Assembly: GCA_022605425.2 (NCBI GenBank)
Contig: CM061250.1
Location: 868,001-932,000 of the forward strand
DNA length: 64,000 bases
Direction of reading: 5' to 3'
Origin: Hamiltosporidium tvaerminnensis FI-OER-3-3
Lineage: Eukaryota > Fungi > Microsporidia
The notes under the pieces were generated by a model, which did not search any database, was not told the DNA's origin, and worked only from the letters and a program-made list of their open reading frames with translations. The translations under genes and the position numbers were made by a program. This document shows positions 37,709 through 49,182 of the stretch, piece after piece; position 1 is the first letter of the stretch, and every line of letters starts with the position of its first letter.

Positions 37709-38427
37709 AGCAATATCCAATCTTTTTAAAATAGTGGCAAGTGTTATATTTGTTTTCATGACATTAAAGGAGTTCTAGGTTTAACATAAATGACTTCTAT
37801 CAAAGACTCCATCAATACCTCCTGGGATACCTACATCCTACAGATTTTCATCTACCAGGTGTTTTGAACCTTAATAATATGCGAAATAGTTGCCCGGAGT
37901 TCGTAAATCTCCGTTGCATGGAGTGTGATCGAGGACCGATGCCCCCCTGGGCTCCCCCAAGACTATGCAGCATTCCTACTTACTTTACACTTTCTTAACC
38001 CTATAAACCTCTAGCTAAGATATAACTCAAAGACTTACATAGGGTCCACGTAGACAGTGCGATGTCATACCAAAAGGTATAACCTGCTACTTAGCTTTCC
38101 CTGCTTTTAATGTTTTTTTATCTCCTTTGTGCCAAGTCTTCAAATCTGAGTGAAGAAGGGCTGGTTTTCCATATTTTTACATTGCGATTACTTATATGTT
38201 CATCTGCAGTCTGCAATCTGGTTACATAAAAAACTACAAATAAATTTGTAGAAAAAGTTTCGCCATTTCGTAGACCTCTCCTCCTCATAACAACTCCCAT
38301 GGAACAACCGAAGATGTAGTGTGGTTGTATTCCCACCAAAATTCTAAACAATTATTTCATATATCGAGCTTGCCTACTCATTACCAAGCAAATGGTTTTT
38401 TATGTGGTTATCTTCTCTCTGCCGACT
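37709..38427 (-). mobile_element. ~730-bp non-coding retroposon-like element (inside the duplicated arm)
   Basis: Full-length; TSD taatttgataatttattt (37691-37708) / taatttaataatttattt (38428-38445). Confidence 0.9.
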
Positions 38428-38499
38428 TAATTTAATAATTTATTTTAGAAAAATCCGAACTTTTTCCTTGTTAAATTACATAAAATACGTTTTTTAGAC

Positions 38500-39945
38500 C
38501 AATGGTCTCCAAACTTTTTGGCTCACGGGTCAAGAACCTATTAGTTTTTATGATCCATACTGAAAAATATTTCGCAATTTTTATTATTAATATTTTTAAA
38601 TAAAATTTTAAAGCTTCATATAAATGTTCATAAGAATAAACATGTATATTAACCTATTTATTTGGAAATATCACATCTTTTTACAATAGTGGCAAGTGTT
38701 ATATTTGTTTTCATGACATTAACGCAGTTCTAGGTTTAACATAAATAACTGCTACCCCAACACTCCATCAGTAACCCCTGCGATACCTACGTCCCAAAGC
38801 CTTTCATCTACCAGGTGTGTAGAACCTAATTAATAGGCGAGGCAGTTGCCCGGAGTTCGTTAATGTCCGTTGCATGGAGTGTGATCGAAGGCCGAAGCCC
38901 CCCCTGGGCTCCCCCAAGACTATGCAGCATTCCCACTTACTCTACACTTTCTGAACCCAATAAACTTCTAGCTAAGATATATTTCAGAGATTTACATGGG
39001 GTCCACCTAGACAGTGCAATGTCATACCAACAGGTATAACCTGCTACTTAGCTCTCCCGGCTTTTAATGGGTTTTATTTTTATATCTCCCAGGCGCTAAG
39101 TCTTCTAACCCGAGTGAGCAAGGCTAGGTTTCCATGCTTTTACATGGCGATTACCTACATGTTCAGCTGCGGTCTGCACTCTGGTTACATAAAAAACTAC
39201 AAATAAATTCGTAGAAAAAGTTTCATCATTTCTTAGACCTCTCCTCCTCATACAAACTCCCATGGAACAACCGAAGATGTAGTGTGGTTTTATTCCCACC
39301 AAAAATCCAAACAATGATCTCACACCAGTTTCACACACTCATTGCCAAGCAGAAAGTTTTTTATGTGGTTATCCTCCCTCCACCTTGTATATTAACCATA
39401 TTCTATATAAAAATAAACAAATAAATTTCTGAAATTTTAAGAGTCTCCCAGCTACGCAATTCAACCACTTTCATAAGTTTGCTCGAGGTTTTATTTCCAC
39501 TTTTGGCTCTACCTATTTGGGCAAAGAACATTCTCTAAAATGAAATGTACAAAAAAAATTTACAGATCTAAATTAAAAATAAGTATTTAAGCCGGTACTG
39601 GTAATTTATACTACTACTTTTTAGCCCACAATTTCAACAAATTATCACAGAAGAATCTCAACTAGATCAATCTCATTAATAATAATTTATGCCATATATT
39701 TTTTGTTATTTCATTTTGATTTTTTACTATAAAATAATAAAAAAATAATTGCTAAGTGCAAAAAAATGATGAAAACTCTATAGAACTTCTTTGTATTACG
39801 ACTTCACACTCAAATTATCTATATTTTTTTATTTTATTTTCTTATTTGAAAAAAATCTACTTGATAAAAGAAATCGTGGCGAGGCAGAAAAATGTAACCG
39901 CGGGCCGGATGAAAAGTGAGCGCAGGCCGTAGTTTGAGACCCCTG
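38500..39945. mobile_element. hAT (Charlie-like) MITE with a nested retroposon insertion
   Basis: Left end CAATGGTCTCCAAACT..GGCTCACGGG; right end GCGGGCCGG..GGCCGTAGTTTGAGACCCCTG. Left flank ttttagac resembles the NTCTAGAN target, but the 8-bp TSD is not intact. Confidence 0.7.
38655..39385 (-). mobile_element. ~730-bp non-coding retroposon-like element (best-preserved copy)
   Basis: Perfect 12-bp TSD TGTATATTAACC at 38643-38654 and 39386-39397. Element-sense start GGTGGAGGGAGGATAACCAC, end CCAAATAAATA. Confidence 0.92.
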
Positions 39946-42159
39946 ATATAAAGTATAACTAGAATAGCTTTAATTTTTGCTTTTTTAAAAAATTCTACTT
40001 TAAATCATTCTGAATTGTTTCAATGGTCCTTCAAAGCACCCGAATTTTAATTTTTGTTTATATAGAGTATTAATTCAAATTCACAGTTTCTTATATTAAT
40101 TTCATAATCATGATGCCCCATTGAGGTCACAGCATATACTGCTAAACTATTTATATAGGAAATATAAAAATAACTTGAAAATACTGGTTTTCATATATGT
40201 AGCGGGTTGTATTTTATTACATATTATTTTTTAATCTTACATATCACTCATCCCTGAAGCTAAATCTTAACTAAATTTATTAGTTAAATGAATTAAATAT
40301 ATATTCAATACATTTTTTTCTTTATACTGTTTGATTTGTGTTTTTTTTATATACTGTAATTGTCTTTAAATTTTTAGAAAATGCTTAAGGAGGTTTCGTG
40401 CTGGGTATATTAAAAATATTAAAGTTTAGGCTCGGAATTTTTTATTTACATTATTATATACTTGTCAGGCTTTAAAAAATTCTCTAGTGAAGGTTTTTAT
40501 TTATTTTCATTGCATAAAATTTAAAAAACTTATACCTAATACAATGGATCAACAAAGAATTTGCTTATAATATTTTTAGGGAATCTAGAGCGGGAATCCG
40601 ATCGCAAATATGGTGGTTATATATAACTATTTTAGTTAAAAGAAAGCTTTATTCTCTATAAGTAGGATACAGTGTAATTAGTTGGTATTTCACTTATTTA
40701 AAAAACAATTTTAACGAAATTGTAAGCTATTCGAATAAATTGACTTTAAATCTGATTTAGAAATATTTGTTCAGATATATGATCTGAAAAAAATATAATA
40801 CAATTATTTCTCGACTCTCTAATAATATAAATAGTATTTTGTATATGAGTGTAATTTAAACCAACGAGAAAAGTCTATCTATAACATTAAAAATATTTTT
40901 ATGAACGTAAATTAATAGATTTAAATGTTTTATTGTGATAAATCTATAGAGTTTACTCCCAATTAGAAATATTTTTAAATAGAGATAGATGATTTAAAAA
41001 CCATTTGAATCCCTTAATATATTTTAATAAGCCATCGAGAAATGAATAAGACTCGATAAATCCCAAGATTTCTTTTAAATTACATTGTTTGCTTATTTAT
41101 GTTATATACAAATATAAAATTATTTCTTTTATTTGGTTCGTGAATTGATTAGATCAAGCGAAATTGAAATCCTTTTGAAAAATTCTTTTATTTTATTTCA
41201 TAAAGTATAATTAATCTATAAATCAAGTGTTTATTTTAAAATCGATAGATGTATAAAATTTTGAATATTCAGATTAAAAATCAAAAGTTTATTAATTCAA
41301 AATAAATCCTCGATAAGTAAATCATATTTACATTTATAAAAATAATTTTTAGAAAAATTAAAAATTTGTCACAAAACAAGCAATGAATACATTAGTTCTT
41401 TATTGTCGTTCTCAGAGATTACTCTAGTAATATAGTTCCTTCTATATTTTATAGAATTTTCTATCGAATGTATCGAGTTGCAAAATATTCTGGGCGGAGC
41501 AATGAGATTAGGATTAATATATTAGAAATTTTCTAACTCTATATGTTGATCTTTAATGAAATTTGATTTGATTATAAACTCGGATTCTATAAGCTCAAAA
41601 ATTGGAAACCAATGTTTAATATATTAAGTCAAACGTTGAAAATCAATCCTTAAGTTGTATTTTTTCATAATATTTTGTTGTTTTATGTAGCATTTTGGTT
41701 ATTTTTTTTTGATCGAATAAGAAAACTTACTTATATTTGAAGATGGAAAAACCTATCGAAATCACAAATATTTAATGAATATACTATTTTTTTGATTAAA
41801 ACATATAGAATATTCATATACTTCTAAATATATAATCTTTGATTCTATATGAAATACATTCCTAATAAACCAAATAAAACCATACATTTTATTATAAAGA
41901 TAACTTTAAATAATCTATTGGTGGGTTGAAATTATATATACAGTAATTTTTTTTCTATTGAACCTCAAATTCTTAGATTTTTTTTTAACAAAAATTCTAT
42001 AGAAAGTATAAAATATGCTTAAATATAACTTTTTTGGATAATCATATTCATGTGGACTTTCAAGTCAAAAAAAAGTTTAGAATTTTTTAACGGGATGCCT
42101 TGAAATCCTGATCATTTTATTTGAAGTTCATATAGCCTATTAAATCTATATTTGTCTAA

Positions 42160-42625
42160 TATTGTAGTGTTTATATAATCTCTTATGTGATAGCCTGCGA
42201 TATTGTTGTGACAAAATACCTCAAGTATAATCTAAAGAGCACCAGATACCATAAAATTTGTAGCATACATCTAATCAATAATACTCAAGAGACAGTTGAA
42301 TAAATATTCTTTGGTCAAGAAAGGCGGCTTGAGTCGAGGCCAAATGCAGAATAGACCGGGTAAAATGCGTCACCTCGCTCTATTTAAGACGGCAATATAC
42401 ATAGCGAACCAATTCTCACTTTAAAAAAAGCGAGTAGCAAGAAAGATTATTAAGTAAAAAAACAAAAAATAACAGACCTTCAATTTTTGATTGATGAATA
42501 CATCAGCGGAACTGAAAATCAATGCAAACGAGAGGTAATATTTATATTAGGAATGTCTAGCCGTCTTGAGTATGAAGAAAATGTATTAAATTGTGAAAAA
42601 AATATTTCTTAACTCAGAATTTTAT
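42160..42625 (+). mobile_element. Decayed 3' fragment of the R4/Dong-like LINE
   Basis: cttatgtgat..ttgtgacaaaatacc, gcatacat, gacagttgaa, cttgagtc and terminal cagaattttatt are collinear with intact copies. Confidence 0.65.
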
Positions 42626-43046
42626 TGTTTAAAATATATATTTTATCAGAATATTGCAGAAAGTATAAAATCTAAAAAATATAAGCAAATTTTTTCTATT
42701 ATTAATATAATAGATGAGGAGAGTATAACTACACGGAAAACCAATTCTTGGTAATAAGTAGTAGAATTCATGTGAAAATCATTCTTGATATTTTGGTGTG
42801 ATATAAACCGCACCGGAGCTATAGTTAGATTTAATATAAACCCAAATTATAACAGATTGAATGAAGAGCGATTTATGTGTGAGTAAAAAAAATAAGATAA
42901 GAAACAATCCAAACTAACAATTTTGACTCTCTGAAATCCAATATTATATGAATATTTTATATGAAATCTTTTAAAGTTATGAAACATAAAACCAGTCAAA
43001 AATACAATTTTATAGCATATTTTACAATATTATAGTGATTGTTTTA

Positions 43047-43649
43047 TTATTGGTTCTTTTCTTCATATGTAATGATTTTTCCAATCAGAAAGACATTGTC
43101 TTGGCCTATTAATTTAAATTTTGTAGTGTTATTTGATTTGTATGCAAATGAAAAAGATGTATTATTCAAATTATAAGGAATTAGGGTACATAAAGTAACA
43201 TCACATTCTTCAATTTCAACTATGACTGAAGTACGAGACAAAGATGTATTTTTATTATCTAATGTAGCGACTGTAAATTCTACATCATTTGGAATGTTTA
43301 AAGTGCTTTCTTCGTGGGGTTTTAAATATAGATAAAATATTGATATTTTGCTTTTTCTTTCTGAAATATTATTTGTGTAAATTCCGTTGAGATAAACGGA
43401 GTTTTTTTCTGTTGTAAAAATTCTAAAAGTTTGTTTTTCTGGCAATTCTAATGAAAAATTGAAATTTTCACACACTTCCGGTGTTAATGTACATAGTATA
43501 AAGGATCTATCATCATACTCAATTATTACACTCGTAGGATTTTTAGTTTCAAAATTTATATCCAATGTTGCATGTAGTAAATTGCAGGTTTGGTCTAGAG
43601 ATATCGTTTTAATATCTGGTCCAGCTTTTACACAAAAAAATTCGTACAT
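43047..43649 (-). CDS. Protein of two tandem nucleoplasmin-like (NPL) domains
   Basis: Internal duplication: ATLD..TSVII..FILCTL..VYLNG and ATLD..TSVIV..VTLCTL..VFLIG, matching the FKBP39/Fpr3-type NPL pattern; CCCC upstream. Confidence 0.75.
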   Translation of the reverse strand: MYEFFCVKAGPDIKTISLDQTCNLLHATLDINFETKNPTSVIIEYDDRSFILCTLTPEVCENFNFSLELPEKQTFRIFTTEKNSVYLNGIYTNNISERKSKISIFYLYLKPHEESTLNIPNDVEFTVATLDNKNTSLSRTSVIVEIEECDVTLCTLIPYNLNNTSFSFAYKSNNTTKFKLIGQDNVFLIGKIITYEEKNQ

Positions 43650-46416
43650 TTTTTTAATTATTGGGGTTGAGATAAATGAATATCATTGATAAAAATTGTA
43701 AATATCGACTTTTTAGTTTTAAATTATTATTGTTTAAAAAAATGATGAATTATTTATTTAAATATTTATTTTGTGTTTTTATATAATTTATATCAACTGT
43801 AAGTCTTTGAGTTAGATTTAGTTACGTAACTCATCGCTAGAGAATTGTTTTTGCTTTCAAAATATACAAAAATACGTATTTGATCATATTTTAAAAATAC
43901 TATTTGTATTTTGTTCCTTAAATATATATATGCAAACCAAAATGAAAAAGCGATCAATTATTTTGAATAGACTAAATTTAAATTAACTATAAGAACATTA
44001 TTAAATCATCAGTTTCATTCTTATAATACTTATGATTTTTTGCATTGATTTATCTTTATGTGTCAGATCTAAAAAATGTTAATTATAAGAAAAAATCTTT
44101 TGATTTATTACAAATAAATAAATTAATTTAACCCAATTAGAACGAAATATTCGTTCTTTAAAATATTTCTGCTACTTATATATGATTTTTTAGCCAAAAA
44201 ACGAACTTAAAAAAAGGTGTTGAAAATGTGTGAAGACTGGAAACATGTTTTATTATGATTTTTTAGCCAAAAAACGAACTACAAAATACTCTAAAGTGTG
44301 GGCAATATTAGATCTAAAATCTCGAACCAGATATCTTCTGAAGACTGGTTTTCCAAGTCCAAAATTGATTTTACTAACGATGAATAATAAACTAATTAAG
44401 TGTTAAAACTAGACTTTTGAAATGAATTTGCCATATTAACACCTGGAAAATTTTTAAAACATACTACCTGAAACAATAAAATTTAAATGAAGTGAAAGTG
44501 CAATTCCCTGAGTAAAAGAAAAATCGGAATAAAAATAATCAATCGAGCATATATCCGTCAAACGGCCCCAAAAAAATGTAATTTTTCTATATTTTGTAGC
44601 ATATGCATCTGTATTTAGACATATAGAAGATATTAAAAGCACTATATAGATATGCTGCCAAAATAATACTTCCGATATCTAAATTTGGGTATAAAAGTGT
44701 ACCTAAACAAGTGAGGTATATCAATTTATTTATTTTTTGCAATAGGGTTGTTCAATGCTCGGGGAGATTGATTTATAGAACACAACATTAAGATGAACAT
44801 CCAAGGCCTGTATTTTATATGATCTCATATCAATCTTTAAATCAAGTTAAAATTTAAATATATGAGATAAATAAAAAATCGCATTTACTCGTCAAAAACA
44901 TTGTATTTTTACTATTAAAATTTGCCACGGGCCAATAAACCCCTCGTGTCCAATAAAACCCCGTTATATTTAATGATTTATAGAACCCCGATATATTCAA
45001 AACAAGGAAGGGATTTTGTTTCTAACCCTAGAAGGGAATTATTTAAAAAAATTCATCTAAATTTTTAGCGTAAAATTCTGGTTAAAAAAAATTCTTTAAA
45101 ATTTTGAAAGGATAAACAAAAAAACTTAAGTTAACATTGAATCAACAAAAAATGGATTAAAATAAGAGCAAAGTAAATTAAATATGTTTTATTACACCAA
45201 TAAAAACTGTTTTTGTGTTACCATCGCTGTTTTTTACTTCATTCTTGTTTTGAGTTAAAATAGCTGCAACTGTAAAAACAAAATTATTGCAAAAGTAGTC
45301 AAAATCTTCGTTTTTGTGTTTTTTATTTATGCCAAAATCTTTTTTTTGTCAAGTATCAATCTCCAAAAGGCAGATCTTTTGAGTGTATATTTAAATTCTT
45401 ACCCCCTGAAATTCTTTATCTATAATTTTAAAAATGTTTAGCAACATCCCCAGCGATTTTAGATTGTTTTTGAAATTATCAGTTATAGGAGTATTGTAGT
45501 GTTTAACGGTTCATTCAATTTATTATTCATGCATACCCGAAGTCAATCTCTAGGCCCTACCGGACGTTTGCCGCATTTTATTAAGTAAAAATTGTACCTG
45601 GACCTACTTCAATAGAAAGTACTATTATTCCAGTTTCATTTTCGGCTATTATGCTTCAGAAAATGGATTATTAAAACCTGGTTGCCTTAAGAAAAGTATA
45701 TATAGAGACTGCTTTTTTGCACTATATATTGTTTTTTTTCATATGGAGGAACAACATATTTTTAGCCTCAATCTATCCTCTTTCATTTGTTTCGTGCGAT
45801 TCCATTACAAGCTATTTATAATGGTTTGATTGCATGTTCGACTTGGGCTTATGTTTTGGATTCGGTAGTGTTCTATGCATAACTTTGATATATAGACACG
45901 TCAATAGCATTTAAAAGTAGATTCTAAAATATCGACTGTTGTAAATTCTATAACAAGAAAACAATAAAATGAAAAAAACGAAAATTCAATGAATTTTTTA
46001 CAAAATGTGAAGTCTTATTAGATATCTTATTGCAACAAAAGTTTTAGTAATGTGTTGATTATATTATACAGCAGTATTAAGTATTTTAAATATTTCTCTC
46101 CAAGATCTACAGAATTCTGTGCACAATTCGTTTTTCTAATAACTGTTTGCGCTTTTTTTCTTTTTTTCCTGCAGCTTATAATTCGAACAGATTTTTTACT
46201 ATGTACCTACACTTGTTTATGCATAAAATGAAAAAAATAAAAGAAAAAAATGAATCAAAACTTCGAATAAATTTTTATTCAGTGGTATGTTATTTAGTAT
46301 CAGTTTCTATAAGTTTAAGCTACTTTTTTAATTTGCAAAGATTAATTAAACAAAAAAAGAAAAGTATAACTGAAAAGAAGAATATGAATTTTATTTATAA
46401 CTAACCTGTAAAAAAT

Positions 46417-47137
46417 GTATTTAAAAGTATCGCATCTTTTTAAAATAGTGGCAAGTGTTACATTTTTTTTCATGACATTAACGCAGTTCTAGGTTTAACA
46501 TAAATAACTGCTACCCCAATGCTCCATCACTACTCCCTGGGGTACCTACTCCCCAAAGCCTTTCATCTACCAGGGGTGTAGAACCTAATTAATGGCGAGG
46601 CTACTGCAATAAGTGCACTGATGTCCGTTGCATGAGGTGGTATCGTATATCGGAATTTACCCTGCTCCAAGACTATGCAGATTTACCATTTACTCTACAC
46701 ACTTTCTGAACCTCATAAATTCTAGCTAAGATATATTTTAAAGACTTACATGGGGGCCACATTAGACAGTGCAATGCCATACCAACAGGTATAACCTGCT
46801 ACTTAGATTTCTTATTTTTTAATAGTTTTTATTTTTATATCTCTCAGGCGCTAAGTCTTCTAACCCGAGTCAGCAAGGCTAGGTTTCCATGTTTTTACAT
46901 GGCAATTACCTACATGTCCACCTGCAATCTTGTTACATAAAAAACTACAAATATATTTTTAGAAAAAGTTTCTCCATTTCGTAGACCTCTCCTCCTCATA
47001 ACAACTCCAACTCCCATGGAACAACCAATGATTTAGTAGATTTTATTCCCACCAAAAATTTAAACAATTATCTTCACACCAGTTCTACACACTCATTGCC
47101 AAGCAGAAAGTTTTTTATGCGGTTTTCCTCCCTCCAC
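46417..47137 (-). mobile_element. ~730-bp non-coding retroposon-like element
   Basis: Full-length, from tatttaaaagtatcgcatc to ttcctccctccac; no clear TSD. Confidence 0.88.
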
Positions 47138-47728
47138 ATTTAAGAATTTAAATAATCTTTAAAATTATAGATTATAAAAATTACCATAAAAATTTTAAAT
47201 ATCATTTTTATAAAAGATCGTTAATAAATATGCTTGGCTTGCGAAAATTAAGTTATAGTTTCTGAAATAATCGCATTCAAAAACCCTAAAATTCAATATA
47301 ATATAATTTTTTTTATCTAAGTAGTTCTACGTTTCTAAAATTAAGCATATAAGAATAAATTATAATATAAATAGTAATTATTGTCTAAACACTTATCTAC
47401 TTCATCTGTTAACATAAAAAAAGGTTTAAAAATTTGAGAATTACAGCCTTTTCCACGGTAGAGTAAATGAACATTTTTCAGATAAAGAAAATTATATTTC
47501 TATATATAAAATTTCTGGGATAATTTTCTTTTAATTCATTTCGATACTCTTTTCTTATTATTATACCCGTGGAAATGTTCATCTATTTCATTATGAATAT
47601 TTTTTTTATCAAATATTCATTTAATAGTTTAATTTAAAATATCATTACCAAAACATGATAAAATATATTGTTTAAAAAATATAAAAAAATAACCTTTTAA
47701 TTTATGATTTTTGATTTTCGCCCATAAA

Positions 47729-48853
47729 ATGAAATTAACAAAAATTTTCTTGTTGAATATTAAACCTAAATTTGCCAATAAATTTATTTATGATGAAAAT
47801 GAAGTAATATTTCTAACGAATAACTCATTTTGTAGAAATTTAAATGTTTTAACATGTCCTATTGTTGATAACGAAGAGAAAACATTCTTCTTTGATTTTA
47901 TACTTCACTTTGAAAATTCGAAAATTCATGTAGAACAAAAAGGTAATAAACTTTTTAATCTTTATTTTATTCATCATCGGAAGGAATTCGAAAAACTTGA
48001 TACATTGTGTGATTATTCTCTAAATTTGAGGATCGCAAAACAATTGATAAAAGTAACAAATGATTATGAAAATAATGACATCGTATATGGCAAAATAGAA
48101 AAAAATTTTGTAAATCATAATATTTTTAAAAGTGGTTTATATATTTTGATTCATTTTATTATTTTTCAAAAATTTATTTTGTATTTGAATTTACTCAACA
48201 ACTCTACAATCGATATTCTATCTAATTATATATTGCTTGAACCTTTTAGATTAAAAATGAATCAACATATACAAAATATTATTTTCCATACCGTTTATAA
48301 ATTTTTTAGAATCTTTAATTTCTATATTTCGAAGTACTTTGTTAATAATTCACGAATAAATTTAATCAACATTTTTTCGTGTGGTTTGATATTTTCACCT
48401 GAGAAGATAATAAATTTGATTTGTTTTCCATTAGAAATATGTAATAATATCTTTTCGTATATCTTTTCATGTATTGTTAGGGTCATATCTGATTTGTTTG
48501 TTCTACTTTCATCAAAAAATTACAATCGAATACAGAAACGATATGATAAGATTCAGTATAGCAACGAAACTATAATATTAGCTACTATTTTATTTGTAAT
48601 ATTCCTTATTCTATTTTATAATTTATTTCCAATATATTTGCTTTTTATGGTAGTAAATATATTACGAAGAAGTATTTTATTTGCTTACGATTTGATTTAT
48701 TTAATTCTCTCCAATGACACTTATAATACTTATTATAAAATAAAAAGAGAAGATGAGATTTCATATTTATATTTATTTGAATCTAACTTACTATTTAAAA
48801 AAGTACGAAATATGGTATCCTTTGTTAAATATAAAATAAAAAATTGGATTTAA
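47729..48853 (+). CDS. GPI1: GPI-GlcNAc transferase subunit Gpi1/PIG-Q-like
   Basis: EPFRLKMN and KNYNRIQKRYDKIQYSNETIILATILF followed by transmembrane segments match the Gpi1 core (PxGLKLN; KxNxLRxRxDxxxY..LLxGTILF). ATG taken after CCC. Confidence 0.7.
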   Translation: MKLTKIFLLNIKPKFANKFIYDENEVIFLTNNSFCRNLNVLTCPIVDNEEKTFFFDFILHFENSKIHVEQKGNKLFNLYFIHHRKEFEKLDTLCDYSLNLRIAKQLIKVTNDYENNDIVYGKIEKNFVNHNIFKSGLYILIHFIIFQKFILYLNLLNNSTIDILSNYILLEPFRLKMNQHIQNIIFHTVYKFFRIFNFYISKYFVNNSRINLINIFSCGLIFSPEKIINLICFPLEICNNIFSYIFSCIVRVISDLFVLLSSKNYNRIQKRYDKIQYSNETIILATILFVIFLILFYNLFPIYLLFMVVNILRRSILFAYDLIYLILSNDTYNTYYKIKREDEISYLYLFESNLLFKKVRNMVSFVKYKIKNWI

Positions 48854-49182
48854 CACCGAGATAAATGTATAATTAAATTGGTTTTATAATCTATTTTTTT
48901 AAAATAATTTAATTGGTTAAATAAAACATTTTATGATACATGAGCCCAATCTTTATAATATTTAAAACAATAGATGTTCATATACAAAACATAAAGGAAT
49001 GTTCTTTCAGGGAATCCGAAACCTTAAAAATGTTGCTTTAATCAATGATGAAAGCGATAAGATATCATAAGCATGCAATTTTTATAAGTCAAAATTATCT
49101 GAAACATAAAAACACAATGTTTCAAAAAAAATGAAATTGATTGGTTAATAGTAGCTATTTAAGAAGGGTAAAAATAAATTAT

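Larger units (their letters stand above)
30392..38499 (+). repeat. Left arm of a large inverted segmental duplication (may extend further left)
   Basis: Reverse complement of 56043-64000. Coordinate sums are constant (~94392-94398) across GPN1, PRP22 and VMA5, and shift by ~143 at the minisatellite. Confidence 0.95.

Noticed and set aside
38905-38935. gggaatgctgcatagtcttgggg in the 730-bp element resembles the GNAAxVLG end of CRE-like retrotransposon ORFs
   Set aside because: Needs a frameshift and has no supporting upstream similarity; too short to support.
39105-39338. Recurring short ORFs such as MCETGVRSLFGF.. (also 38118, 53712, 15796)
   Set aside because: They lie inside the 730-bp element and frames are not conserved between copies.
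44181-44280. ~27-bp direct repeat (tatgattttttagccaaaaaacgaact) around a ~46-bp spacer
   Set aside because: Only two copies; most likely a local duplication, not an array.
44925-44968. ccaataaacccc..ccaataaaacccc resembling a pogo-like terminal repeat
   Set aside because: No partner terminus or recognisable transposase found in the window.
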